This document shows, piece after piece, positions 22,410 to 31,287 of a stretch of DNA of 32,000 nt. The notes under the pieces are model-generated. The model made no database searches. It was given only the letters and a program-made list of their open reading frames with translations, and was not told where the DNA came from. The translations under genes were made by a program, and so were the position numbers. Origin of the DNA: Nitratidesulfovibrio vulgaris str. Hildenborough. Lineage in GTDB: Bacteria > Desulfobacterota > Desulfovibrionia > Desulfovibrionales > Desulfovibrionaceae. The first letter of the stretch is position 1. Each line of letters starts with the position of its first letter. The stretch is taken from contig NC_002937.3 of assembly GCF_000195755.1 (NCBI RefSeq), forward strand, positions 960,001-992,000. The letters run 5' to 3'.

Positions 22410-23603
22410 CTATTCTCCACAGGGCTTGCCGGACAGCAGGTGGCGTATGCCGCGCAGGGCCTGCTTCGTGCGCTGTTCGTTCTCGATGAGAGCGAAGCGG
22501 ACATGGTCGTCGCCGTGGGCGCCGAAGCCGAGACCCGGCGAAACGGCCACATGGGCCTCACGCAGCAGCAGCTTGGAGAACTCCACCGAGCCCATGGCGC
22601 GGAAGGGTTCCGGAATCTGCGCCCACACGAACATGGTGCCCTTGGGGGCGGGGACTTCCCATCCGGAACGGTTGAGCCCTTCGATGAGCACGTCGCGGCG
22701 CTTGCGGTAGGTGTCCACGATCTCGGTCATGCATTCCTGCGGGCCGTTGAGGGCAACGGTCGCCGCAATCTGGATGGGCTGGAAGATGCCGTAGTCGAGG
22801 TAGCTCTTGATGCGGGTGAGGGTGTTGACCATCTCGCGGTTGCCCACGCAGAAGCCCACACGCCAGCCGGCCATGGAGTAGCTCTTGGACATGGAGAAGA
22901 ATTCGACACCCACGTCCTTGGCGCCGTCGGCCTGCATGAAGCTGGGGGGCATGTGCCCGTCGAAGGCGAGGTCGGCGTAGGCGAAGTCGTGGATGACGTA
23001 GATCTTGTGTTCCTTGGCGAAGTCCACGACCTTCTGGAAGAACTCGGGGGTGGCGAGTTCCGTGGTGGGGTTGTGGGGATAGCTGAGGAACAGCAGCTTG
23101 GGCTGCGGCCATGTCTGGCGGGTGGCCACCAGCAGGTCTTCGAAGAAGTCGCGCCCGCGTCCGATGGGGATGCGGCGCACGTCCGCACCGGCGATGACCG
23201 GGGCGTAGGTGTGGATGGGGTAGGTCGGGTCGGGCGCGAACACCACGTCGCCGGGAGAGAGCATGGCGAGCGAAAGGTGCGAGAGACCTTCCTTGGCGCC
23301 CATGGTGACCACCGCCTCGGTGTCGGGGTCGAGATAGACCCCGAAGCGGCGGGTGTACCAGTCGCAGATGGCCTTGCGCAGGTTGGGGATGCCCCGCGAC
23401 ACCGAGTAGCGATGGTTGTTGCCCTTCATCGAGGCTTCGACCATCTTGTCGACGATGTGCTGCGGGGTGGGCATGTCGGGGTTGCCCATGCCGAGGTCTA
23501 CGATGTCCACTCCCTGGCGGCGAAGCTGCATCTTCAGCTCGTTGACCACGGCGAACACGTAGGGGGGCAGGCGGTGCATACGCGGGAACTGGCTCTGGCT
23601 CAT
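22410..23603 (-). CDS. Class I/II PLP-dependent aminotransferase (AlaC / aspartate-aminotransferase-like)
   Basis: Reads [24 protein letters not shown]...DLGMGNPD...SYPHNPT...[16 protein letters not shown] (PLP lysine). This gives 397 aa from ATG 23603. The 561-aa track ORF extension has non-protein-like composition. The stop lies 1 nt before the hom ATG. Confidence 0.92.
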   Translation of the reverse strand: MSQSQFPRMHRLPPYVFAVVNELKMQLRRQGVDIVDLGMGNPDMPTPQHIVDKMVEASMKGNNHRYSVSRGIPNLRKAICDWYTRRFGVYLDPDTEAVVTMGAKEGLSHLSLAMLSPGDVVFAPDPTYPIHTYAPVIAGADVRRIPIGRGRDFFEDLLVATRQTWPQPKLLFLSYPHNPTTELATPEFFQKVVDFAKEHKIYVIHDFAYADLAFDGHMPPSFMQADGAKDVGVEFFSMSKSYSMAGWRVGFCVGNREMVNTLTRIKSYLDYGIFQPIQIAATVALNGPQECMTEIVDTYRKRRDVLIEGLNRSGWEVPAPKGTMFVWAQIPEPFRAMGSVEFSKLLLREAHVAVSPGLGFGAHGDDHVRFALIENEQRTKQALRGIRHLLSGKPCGE

Positions 23604-23631
23604 GGCCTCAGGCCTCCGGACCGTTGGAGTT

Positions 23632-23678
23632 TTGCATTTGAGGCAAGCACCATATATACGGATGAAGCCTTGTGTAAA
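23632..23678. promoter_or_regulatory. Compact divergent promoter region (aminotransferase-hom operon leftward, aroK rightward)
   Basis: Plus strand: TTGCAT (23632-23637), a 15-nt spacer, then TATATA (23653-23658). Minus strand: TTTACA (23678..23673), about 16 nt, then TATATG, sharing the same AT-rich core. Spacings are sub-optimal. Pattern match only. Confidence 0.3.
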
Positions 23679-23726
23679 GCGGTGCGGCGCACATTGCCCC
23701 GCCGGAGATGAAGGCCGGAGGTTGTC

Positions 23727-24254
23727 ATGGGGTCGGAAGTGTGCCGGGTCTTCCTCATCGGGGGCAGGGCCAGCGGCAAGAGTACGGTGGGCAGGGCGCT
23801 CGCCGCAAGGCTTGGATGGGATTTCGCGGATACCGACGCCATGGTGACGCGGCGTGCCGGGTGCGACATCGCCACACTGGTGGCGGAACGCGGGTGGGAT
23901 GCCTTCCGTGACATGGAGAGTGACGCCCTGCGTGATGCCGCAGCGCGTGAACGTGTCGTCGTCGCCACAGGCGGGGGCATGGTGCTGCGTGCGGAAAATA
24001 GGGCGCTGCTGCGCGAGGCGGGGGTCACCGTGTTCCTGTCGTTGCCTGTCGAGGTCGTGGCGGCGCGGCTTGCCCGCAACCCGGAACATGGGCAACGCCC
24101 CTCACTGACCGGAAAGGCCGTGGCGGACGAGGTGGCGGACGTGATGCGCGAACGGGCACCTCTCTATGCCGAGGCGGCCCGCCATGTGGTGCGCGGCGAT
24201 GCGCCCGTGGCGTGCATCGTCGAGGACATCACCGCGCTGCTTGCCTTTTCGTGA
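23727..24254 (+). CDS. aroK: Shikimate kinase
   Basis: 175-aa ORF reading [30 protein letters not shown] (Walker A plus shikimate-binding D), followed by VVATGGG. A GGAGG SD lies upstream. Confidence 0.92.
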   Translation: MGSEVCRVFLIGGRASGKSTVGRALAARLGWDFADTDAMVTRRAGCDIATLVAERGWDAFRDMESDALRDAAARERVVVATGGGMVLRAENRALLREAGVTVFLSLPVEVVAARLARNPEHGQRPSLTGKAVADEVADVMRERAPLYAEAARHVVRGDAPVACIVEDITALLAFS

Positions 24255-24342
24255 GGCAGGGTATCTGATACAAGGCAATCCCATGGACACTGTCGTCTGC
24301 GTCCGGACGGCAAACGAATCAACGAAAGCGATGGAAGGCACC

Positions 24343-24765
24343 ATGCAGATACGCAAGATACTCGTTCCCGTCGACGGTTCCGAACATGCCCGCCGCGCCA
24401 CCGTGTACGCTGCGGAGTTCGCAGCGATGGTCCAGGCTTCGGTGCTGCTCGTGCATAGCCGTATGAGCATCCCCCCGCTGCTGGGGCAGGCCGCCTACGA
24501 TGAGGTGCGCAACTCCCTCAATGCGAGGGCCGAGAGCCTTCTCGAACCCTACCGCGAGATACTGCGCGGCGCGGGCATCTCCTTCGAGGACCGCATCCTC
24601 GAAGGCCCCGCCGAGACCGCCATCGTCGACGCCGTCCGCGCGGAGAAGTGCGACCACATCATACTGGGCTCGCGGGGCGTCTCCGAACTTGAGGGGTTGC
24701 TTCTGGGCAGCGTCACGCGCAGGGTGCTGCAACTGGCCCCGTGCCCTGTTACGGTCGTCCGCTAG
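24343..24765 (+). CDS. Universal stress protein (UspA family)
   Basis: Reads MQIRKILVPVDGSEHARRA...HIILGSRGVSELEGLLLGSVTRRVLQLAPCPVTVV, with the ATP-binding G-x2-G-x9-GS motif. ATG 24343 is preceded by GGAAGG. An alternative ATG lies at 24331. The track start at 24166 overlaps aroK and is rejected. Confidence 0.85.
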   Translation: MQIRKILVPVDGSEHARRATVYAAEFAAMVQASVLLVHSRMSIPPLLGQAAYDEVRNSLNARAESLLEPYREILRGAGISFEDRILEGPAETAIVDAVRAEKCDHIILGSRGVSELEGLLLGSVTRRVLQLAPCPVTVVR

Positions 24766-24955
24766 GACGCCGTCCCCGTTGCGCAGGCGGTCGTCCGTCA
24801 GTCAGGCCACCGTCCCGTCGCACAAGGCGGTCTCCGCCGGAGGGTGCCCCTGAACTTTTGGGAGGCATCCGTCAGTGCTCTGTACGGCCGTCCCTTATGA
24901 GGGCCATTCCGGGCGCACGCCTTTCACAGCAACACGAGTCTTCACAGGAGACGAC

Positions 24956-26020
24956 ATGAGCGGCAACACACTGGGACGTCTTTTCAGGCTGACGACCTAC
25001 GGCGAATCGCACGGCGCAGGGCTTGGTGGCGTCATCGACGGCTGCCCGGCAGGCATTGCGCTGGACGAGGCCGTCATCCAGCGTGAACTCGACCTTCGCC
25101 GCCCCGGTGGCAACTCCGCCTCGACCACCCGGCAGGAACCCGACAGGGTGCGTCTGCTTTCGGGCGTGTTCGAGGGGGTGACCACCGGAACGCCCATCGC
25201 CTTCCACGTGGAGAACGTCGACCAGCGTTCGCGCGACTATGGCGAGATAGCCCGGTTGTACAGGCCGGGTCATGCCGATTTCACCTACGACGCCAAGTTC
25301 GGCGTACGCGACTATCGCGGCGGCGGTCGCGCCTCCGGGCGTGAGACCCTCTCGCGCGTGGCGGGCGGTGCCATCGCGCAGGCGCTGCTGGCCCGCCATG
25401 GCATCGCGGTGCGGGCCTTCACCGTGGAACTAGGCGGCGTACCCGCCGACCTCGTGGACGTGGCGGGGGCGCAGCAACGTCCGTTCTTCTCGCCCGACCC
25501 CGATGTGGTGGAGGCGTGGGAGGACATGGTGCGCACGGTGAAGGGCGAAGGCGATACCCTCGGCGGCATCGTGCAGGTCGAGGCCACGGGAGTCCCCGCC
25601 GGTCTGGGCGAACCCGTGTTCGACAAGCTGGACGCCGTGCTTGCCTATGCGCTCATGTCCGTAGGGGCGGTGAAGGGCGTCGAGGTCGGCGCCGGGTTCG
25701 AGGCCGCGCGGATGCACGGCAGCGACAACAACGACCCCATCGTGCCCAGCGGTTTCTTCACCAACCATGCGGGCGGCATTCTCGGCGGCATCTCCAACGG
25801 AGAGACCATCGTCCTGCGCGCGGCGGTGAAGCCCATCCCCTCCATCGCGCAAGAGCAGATAACCATCGACCGCGATGGCAAGCCCTCGGCCCTGTTCATC
25901 GCCGGACGGCACGACATCAGCGCGATTCCGCGCATCGTGCCTGTGCTCAAGGCCATGACCGCACTCGTGCTGGCTGACATGCTGCTCATGCAGCGCCGCA
26001 TGGCAACGCCGCAGCCCTAG
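24956..26020 (+). CDS. aroC: Chorismate synthase
   Basis: Reads MSGNTLGRLFRLTTYGESHGAGLGGVIDGCPAG...RPGHADFTYDAKFG...GGGRASGRET...GRHD, the canonical AroC. ATG 24956 is preceded by AGGAG. Confidence 0.97.
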   Translation: MSGNTLGRLFRLTTYGESHGAGLGGVIDGCPAGIALDEAVIQRELDLRRPGGNSASTTRQEPDRVRLLSGVFEGVTTGTPIAFHVENVDQRSRDYGEIARLYRPGHADFTYDAKFGVRDYRGGGRASGRETLSRVAGGAIAQALLARHGIAVRAFTVELGGVPADLVDVAGAQQRPFFSPDPDVVEAWEDMVRTVKGEGDTLGGIVQVEATGVPAGLGEPVFDKLDAVLAYALMSVGAVKGVEVGAGFEAARMHGSDNNDPIVPSGFFTNHAGGILGGISNGETIVLRAAVKPIPSIAQEQITIDRDGKPSALFIAGRHDISAIPRIVPVLKAMTALVLADMLLMQRRMATPQP

Positions 26021-26192
26021 GTTTCTGCACCGGAGAGCGTCTCCACAGCCTGCGGTTCTGGCCTCAGTCTCACCCCGCACTCGTGCGGCCAGCATGTACC
26101 GGCCTTGCAACGATTTGCCGGACTTGACGCGAAGGGGCGGGGCATATAGGCAGCAGGCACCCTTGTTCACGTCCAGCAACCCGCGAAGTACC

Positions 26193-28421
26193 ATGCAGAC
26201 CGGAAAGACCGCCACCACGGAAGAGCAGACCGCCGAAGCCCTTGAAGAACTGGAGGGCACCCTCGAGCGCGTCATCTTCCACAATGCCGAGAACGGCTAC
26301 ACGGTGTTCCGCTTCCAGCCCAAGGGCAAGGGAGGCGATGCCGTCAGCGTGGTGGGGCACATGGTCGACCCGCAACCCGGCGTGGGCTTGCTGCTGCGTG
26401 GCGGGTGGGTGAACAACCCCAAGTTCGGTCGTCAGTTCCGCATGGAGACCTTCGAGAGTGTTCTGCCCGCCACCGTAGAGGGCATCCGCCACTATCTCGG
26501 GTCGGGGCTGATCAAGGGGGTGGGCGAGACCATGGCCGCGCGCATCGTCGCCCGGTTCGGCGAGTCGACCTTCAGCGTGCTGGACGATGCGCCCGACCGC
26601 CTCATCGAGGTCGAAGGCGTGGGGGCCAAGACGCTGGAACGCATCAAGACCAGCTGGGCCGAGCACCGGGGCATCCGCGACCTCATCATGTTCCTGCAAC
26701 CGCATGGCGTGAGCACCGCCTATGCCGTCCGCATCTACAGGTACTACGGCACGCATGCGCTCACCGTGGTACGCGAGAATCCGTATCGCCTCGCCATGGA
26801 CATCCACGGCATCGGCTTCATCACCGCCGACGGGGTGGCCACCAAACTCGGTTTTTCCAAGGACAGCCCCCTGCGCGCCGAGGCGGGGGTGCTGTACATG
26901 CTAGGTCGTCTGACGGAAGACGGGCATGTCTACTTTCCCTTCGACGGACTGGTGACGCATACGGGTGATAAACTCGACATCCGTTACGACCTTGTCGAGG
27001 ACGCCATCCACTCGCTTGAGCGAGAGGAGAGGGTCGTGCTCGAAGACCTTGGCGAAGGCGTAGGGGTCTTCCTCACCCGTTTCCACCACTACGAGACGAA
27101 GATAGCCTACTACCTGCGGCGCGTACTGGCTTCGCCCAAGGCCGTGCACTTCGAGAATCCCGACGCCGTGGTGGACAAGGTACTGGGCAAGCTCGACATC
27201 GCCCTTGCGCCGGAACAGCTTGAGGCGGTGCGCACCAGCACCCGCAGCAAGGTCATGGTGCTCACCGGGGGGCCGGGTACGGGCAAGACCACCATCATCA
27301 ACGCCATCATCCGCGTCTTCGCCGAGGTGGGGGCACGCATCCTGCTTGCCGCGCCCACCGGACGCGCCGCCAAGCGCATGTCCGAGACAAGCGGGCGCGA
27401 GTCGCGCACCATCCACCGCCTGCTGGAGTTCAGCCCCAAAGAGGATGGCTTCGCCCGTAACGAGGACAACCCCCTCGCCTGCGGGCTGCTGGTGGTGGAC
27501 GAAGCCTCGATGATGGACACCATGCTCATGTACCACCTGCTGAAGGCCGTGCCGCTAGGGGCGACGCTGCTCTTCGTGGGTGATGTGCACCAGTTGCCGT
27601 CGGTGGGGCCGGGCAACGTGCTGCGCGATGTCATCGTCTCCGGCGTGGTGCCGGTGGTGGAATTGCGCGAGGTGTTCCGTCAGGCCGCCGAGAGCGAGAT
27701 CATCTGCAACGCCCACCGCATCAATCAGGGCGAGGTGCCGCCTCTCGAATCATCGCGCGACAGGCTTTCCGACTTCTATTTCATCCGGCAGTCCGACCCC
27801 GCCAAGGTCGTGGAGATGATCCTCGAACTGGTGCGCGACCACATCCCCCGTCGCTTCGGGCTGCATCCCGTCGATGACATCCAGGTGCTCACGCCCATGC
27901 ACAAGGGGCTTGCGGGTGCGGGCAACCTCAACCTGCGCCTGCAGGAGGCCCTCAACCCCCAGACCCTCTGCGTGCAGCGGGGCGAGCGTCAGTTCCGTCT
28001 CGACGACAAGGTCATGCAGATACGCAACAACTACGAGAAGGATGTCTATAACGGCGACATCGGGCGTATCTGCTGCGTCAACGCCAAGGAGCGCGAGCTC
28101 ACCGTCCGCTACGATGAACGCAATGTCATCTATGCGTGGGAAGAGCTTGACGAGATTGTGCCCGCGTACGCCATCTCGGTACACAAGTCGCAGGGGTCGG
28201 AGTATCCTGCTGTGGTCATTCCGGTGCTCACGCAGCATTACGTCCTTCTGCAACGCAATCTCATCTACACCGGGGTCACGCGGGGCAAACGGCTTGTGGT
28301 GCTCGTCGGCGAATCGCGTGCGCTTGCCATGGCGGTGAAGAACAACCGGATGCAGAAGCGTCATACATGGCTGGCGCACAGGCTGGCGCAGGGGCTTTCC
28401 ACCCCCGGCGCGCTCCTCTGA
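26193..28421 (+). CDS. recD2: RecD2-type ATP-dependent DNA helicase (SF1B, RecD/TraA family)
   Basis: About 742 aa. An N-terminal OB/HhH region (GTLERVIFHNAENGYTVFRF, GVGAKTLERI) is followed by Walker A LTGGPGTGKTT, Walker B LLVVDEASM, VGDVHQLPSVGPG, and the C-terminal AISVHKSQGSEYPAVV and YTGVTRGK. The start is taken at ATG 26193 with a weak SD. The track start is 26094. Confidence 0.9.
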   Translation: MQTGKTATTEEQTAEALEELEGTLERVIFHNAENGYTVFRFQPKGKGGDAVSVVGHMVDPQPGVGLLLRGGWVNNPKFGRQFRMETFESVLPATVEGIRHYLGSGLIKGVGETMAARIVARFGESTFSVLDDAPDRLIEVEGVGAKTLERIKTSWAEHRGIRDLIMFLQPHGVSTAYAVRIYRYYGTHALTVVRENPYRLAMDIHGIGFITADGVATKLGFSKDSPLRAEAGVLYMLGRLTEDGHVYFPFDGLVTHTGDKLDIRYDLVEDAIHSLEREERVVLEDLGEGVGVFLTRFHHYETKIAYYLRRVLASPKAVHFENPDAVVDKVLGKLDIALAPEQLEAVRTSTRSKVMVLTGGPGTGKTTIINAIIRVFAEVGARILLAAPTGRAAKRMSETSGRESRTIHRLLEFSPKEDGFARNEDNPLACGLLVVDEASMMDTMLMYHLLKAVPLGATLLFVGDVHQLPSVGPGNVLRDVIVSGVVPVVELREVFRQAAESEIICNAHRINQGEVPPLESSRDRLSDFYFIRQSDPAKVVEMILELVRDHIPRRFGLHPVDDIQVLTPMHKGLAGAGNLNLRLQEALNPQTLCVQRGERQFRLDDKVMQIRNNYEKDVYNGDIGRICCVNAKERELTVRYDERNVIYAWEELDEIVPAYAISVHKSQGSEYPAVVIPVLTQHYVLLQRNLIYTGVTRGKRLVVLVGESRALAMAVKNNRMQKRHTWLAHRLAQGLSTPGALL

Positions 28422-28430
28422 TACCGTCAC

Positions 28431-29825
28431 ATGAAGGCTGCCAACATGAGACGTCTCTTCGTGCTTTCGTTCCGTCTGCTTTCCTGCCTGTTGCTGGCGA
28501 TACTGCTTGCGGCCTGTGGTGCCTCCCGTCCTGCGACTCCGCCCGTCACTCCCCCCTCACGCGAAGGGCATGTGGCCGACCTCGACCGCTTCCCGCAGGA
28601 CCTTCGTGTCTATGCCATGAAGGCGGGGGCGGACAGGCAGCTTCTGCCGTTCACTGAACAGGCCGCACAGGATGCCCGCTGGAACCGGCGCTTCTTCGCC
28701 CCGTGGCGCATGACGCGCATCTCCGTGCCGGTGAAGGATGTGGCCGCGCCGTTCGGGACGGACGGGCGTCCGAGAGGCTACGCCGAGAACCTGCTGCCGT
28801 GGGATGTGACCCGATGGGGGGCGCTGGCGTCCGGTGCCGCGCTAGACCTCTACCCCTCGCAGGCGTGGAAGGGCATCGTCGTCTCCAACAGCGCCCTGCG
28901 CGAGGTGCCCACGCTGCGTCCCATGTTCACGGCCCCCACCCGCGCCGGACAGGGATACCCCTTCGACATGTTCCAGCGTACCGCCGTATGGATGGGTACG
29001 CCCGTGTTCGTGGGGCACGCCACGGCGGACAGGGCATGGCTGTATGTCGAGACCGCGTTCGCTGCCGGGTGGATGCCCGCCGCGGATGTCGCCCGTGTGG
29101 ATGATGCGTTCATGACCCGTTACGAATCGGGCAGTCTTGCCGCCATCCTGCGGGATGACACCAGCCTCAACGGTGCGGACGGCACCCACCTCGCCACCGC
29201 CCACATCGGTACCGTATTGCCGTTGTCTGGCGCTTCGCAGGTGGGGCGCACTGTGCTGGTGCCCGTGCGCGCACCCGAAGGGCACGCCGTGGTTGTGCCT
29301 GTGCTGCTCACCAGCGGAGAGGCGGCGCAGAAACCCGTGCCCCTCACACCGGGCAACATGGCTGAACTCGGCAACCGGATGATGGGCCAGCCCTACGGAT
29401 GGGGCGGGCTGTACGAAGACCGCGACTGCTCATCCACCCTGCGTGACCTCTTCACCCCCTTCGGGCTGTGGCTGCCGCGCAACTCCGCATCGCAGGCCAA
29501 GGCCGGGCGCTACGTGGATATCGCGAAACTTGATGCCGACGACAAGGAAGCACGCATCGTGGCGGAGGGGGTTCCCTTCATGACGTTGCTGTGGCTTCGT
29601 GGGCACATCACGCTGTATCTCGGGCTGCATGAGGGACAGGCAGCCATGTTCCACAACATGTGGGGCATCCGTACCCATCGTGGCGGCGTCGAGGGTCGTT
29701 ACGTCCTCGGGCGGGCCGTGGTCACCTCCACGCGGCCCGGACTCGATGTGCCGGGCAACGACAATGCGGATGGACTGCTTGGACGCATGCAGGGCATGAG
29801 CATCCTTCCCGGCGGGGCGCAATAG
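28431..29825 (+). CDS. NlpC/P60 (C40 peptidase) lipoprotein with N-terminal SH3b-like region
   Basis: Carries a signal peptide with lipobox LLAACG and a C-terminal NlpC/P60 core GQPYGWGG...DCSSTLRDLF (catalytic Cys)...GHITLYLG (His). It lies 9 nt after recD2. Confidence 0.85.
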   Translation: MKAANMRRLFVLSFRLLSCLLLAILLAACGASRPATPPVTPPSREGHVADLDRFPQDLRVYAMKAGADRQLLPFTEQAAQDARWNRRFFAPWRMTRISVPVKDVAAPFGTDGRPRGYAENLLPWDVTRWGALASGAALDLYPSQAWKGIVVSNSALREVPTLRPMFTAPTRAGQGYPFDMFQRTAVWMGTPVFVGHATADRAWLYVETAFAAGWMPAADVARVDDAFMTRYESGSLAAILRDDTSLNGADGTHLATAHIGTVLPLSGASQVGRTVLVPVRAPEGHAVVVPVLLTSGEAAQKPVPLTPGNMAELGNRMMGQPYGWGGLYEDRDCSSTLRDLFTPFGLWLPRNSASQAKAGRYVDIAKLDADDKEARIVAEGVPFMTLLWLRGHITLYLGLHEGQAAMFHNMWGIRTHRGGVEGRYVLGRAVVTSTRPGLDVPGNDNADGLLGRMQGMSILPGGAQ

Positions 29826-29826
29826 C

Positions 29827-31203
29827 ATGAAGGGCGCGACGACCTCGTTCCATGCCGCCACGTTCGGCTGCAAGGTCAACCAGTACGAGACGCAGTCGCT
29901 GCGAGAGGCGTGGCTGCGGCGTGGTTTCACCGAGGTGGACACCCCGGAGGGGGCTGACGTCATCCTCGTCAACACCTGTGCGGTCACGGCCCGTGCTGTA
30001 AGCGATGTGCGGCGTGCCATCGCCCGGCTGCACCGTGCGGCCCCGGCTGCGGGTATCGTGGTGACCGGATGCGCGGCGCAGGTGCTGCGCGAGGAATTCG
30101 CAGGACTGCCCGGCGTGGTGGCGGTGGTGCCGCAAGAGGCCAAGGCCACTCTCGCGGCGTACGACCCCGCAGCGGCCATCATGCCCCCCGTCTCGACGCA
30201 TGCCGCTCACGGCGATGCCGCTACGGCGCAGGCGTCGAGTGCCACCTCTGGCGATGTCGTCCCTGCACAGGCGTCGGTCTTCCCGGACTTCCGCATCGAG
30301 GGCTTTCGCCGTGCCCGCCCCGTGGTCAAGGTGCAGGATGGCTGTTCGCACCGCTGCACCTATTGCATCGTTCCGCTCACGCGGGGGGCTTCACGCAGCC
30401 GCGAACCGGGTGAGGTCGTCGCAGAATTGCGTCGTCTGCTCGATGCCGGGTTCCGCGAGGTGATGCTGTCGGGCGTCAACCTGCGCCTGTACGGGCGCGA
30501 CCTCTCCGGTGCGGGCGACTTCTGGGACCTGCTGCAACGGGTCGAACGCGAACTGGCCCCGGAGTGGGCCGGAAGGGCCCGCCTGCGCATCAGTTCCCTT
30601 GAGCCTGGGCAACTCGGGGTACATGCCCTCGACGTGCTCGGCGGGAGCAGGCTCGTCTGCCCGCAGTTGCATCTTTCGTTGCAGAGTGGCAGCCCCGATG
30701 TGCTTCGCCGTATGGGACGCGGGCACTACAGCCCTGCCCCCCTGCTTGATTTCTTGCGCGACCTCGGCGGAACATGGCCGGTCTTCGGCCTCGGTGCGGA
30801 CATCCTGATGGGCTTTCCGGGCGAGAGCGAAGACGCATTCGCCGAGACGCTGGACTTCGTCCGTGCTTTGCCGCTCACATACGCCCACGTCTTTCCGTAT
30901 TCGCGGCGTCCCGGCACTGTGGCGGCCTCTTTGCCGGAACACCTGCCGCAGGAGATACGCAAGGCACGTGCGGCGGCGGTACGTGACGTCGTGGCGCAGA
31001 AGCGGGCGGTCTTTGCCGAACGTCTTGCCGGGTTGCCTGCCCTTTCGGTGGTGCTTGACGGGGCGGGTGCACGCAAGGGAATATCAGAGTATTATGCCGA
31101 ATGCCGGGTGCGCCGTGTGCCGCACGGGCATGACCACCGGGCCGTGCTGACTGTTCGCCCGGTGGGAGTGGAAGCCGGCTGCGTGGTCACCGAAGCCGTA
31201 TAG
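29827..31203 (+). CDS. mtaB: Radical-SAM methylthiotransferase, MtaB-like (tRNA t6A37 methylthiolation)
   Basis: The N-terminal UPF0004 domain reads FHAATFGCKVNQYETQSL...ILVNTCAV. The radical-SAM motif is GCSHRCTYCIVP. SSLEP, FPGES and VFPYSRRPGT are also present. It starts 1 nt after the preceding stop. Confidence 0.85.
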   Translation: MKGATTSFHAATFGCKVNQYETQSLREAWLRRGFTEVDTPEGADVILVNTCAVTARAVSDVRRAIARLHRAAPAAGIVVTGCAAQVLREEFAGLPGVVAVVPQEAKATLAAYDPAAAIMPPVSTHAAHGDAATAQASSATSGDVVPAQASVFPDFRIEGFRRARPVVKVQDGCSHRCTYCIVPLTRGASRSREPGEVVAELRRLLDAGFREVMLSGVNLRLYGRDLSGAGDFWDLLQRVERELAPEWAGRARLRISSLEPGQLGVHALDVLGGSRLVCPQLHLSLQSGSPDVLRRMGRGHYSPAPLLDFLRDLGGTWPVFGLGADILMGFPGESEDAFAETLDFVRALPLTYAHVFPYSRRPGTVAASLPEHLPQEIRKARAAAVRDVVAQKRAVFAERLAGLPALSVVLDGAGARKGISEYYAECRVRRVPHGHDHRAVLTVRPVGVEAGCVVTEAV

Positions 31204-31287
31204 GGCTCGTTCTCACGGCCCGGAGTATGCGCCGCTCCGTGCCGGATTCCATGGCGCGTGTCGTCATACGGCACTGGAGGATATGGT

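Noticed and set aside
26115-26165. Possible recD2 promoter TTGACG-N15-TATAGG. The 11-mer AAGGGGCGGGG is also shared with the hairpin at 11327.
   Set aside because: The spacer is too short and the -10 box is poor. A single shared G-rich 11-mer in GC-rich DNA is weak evidence for a repeat family.
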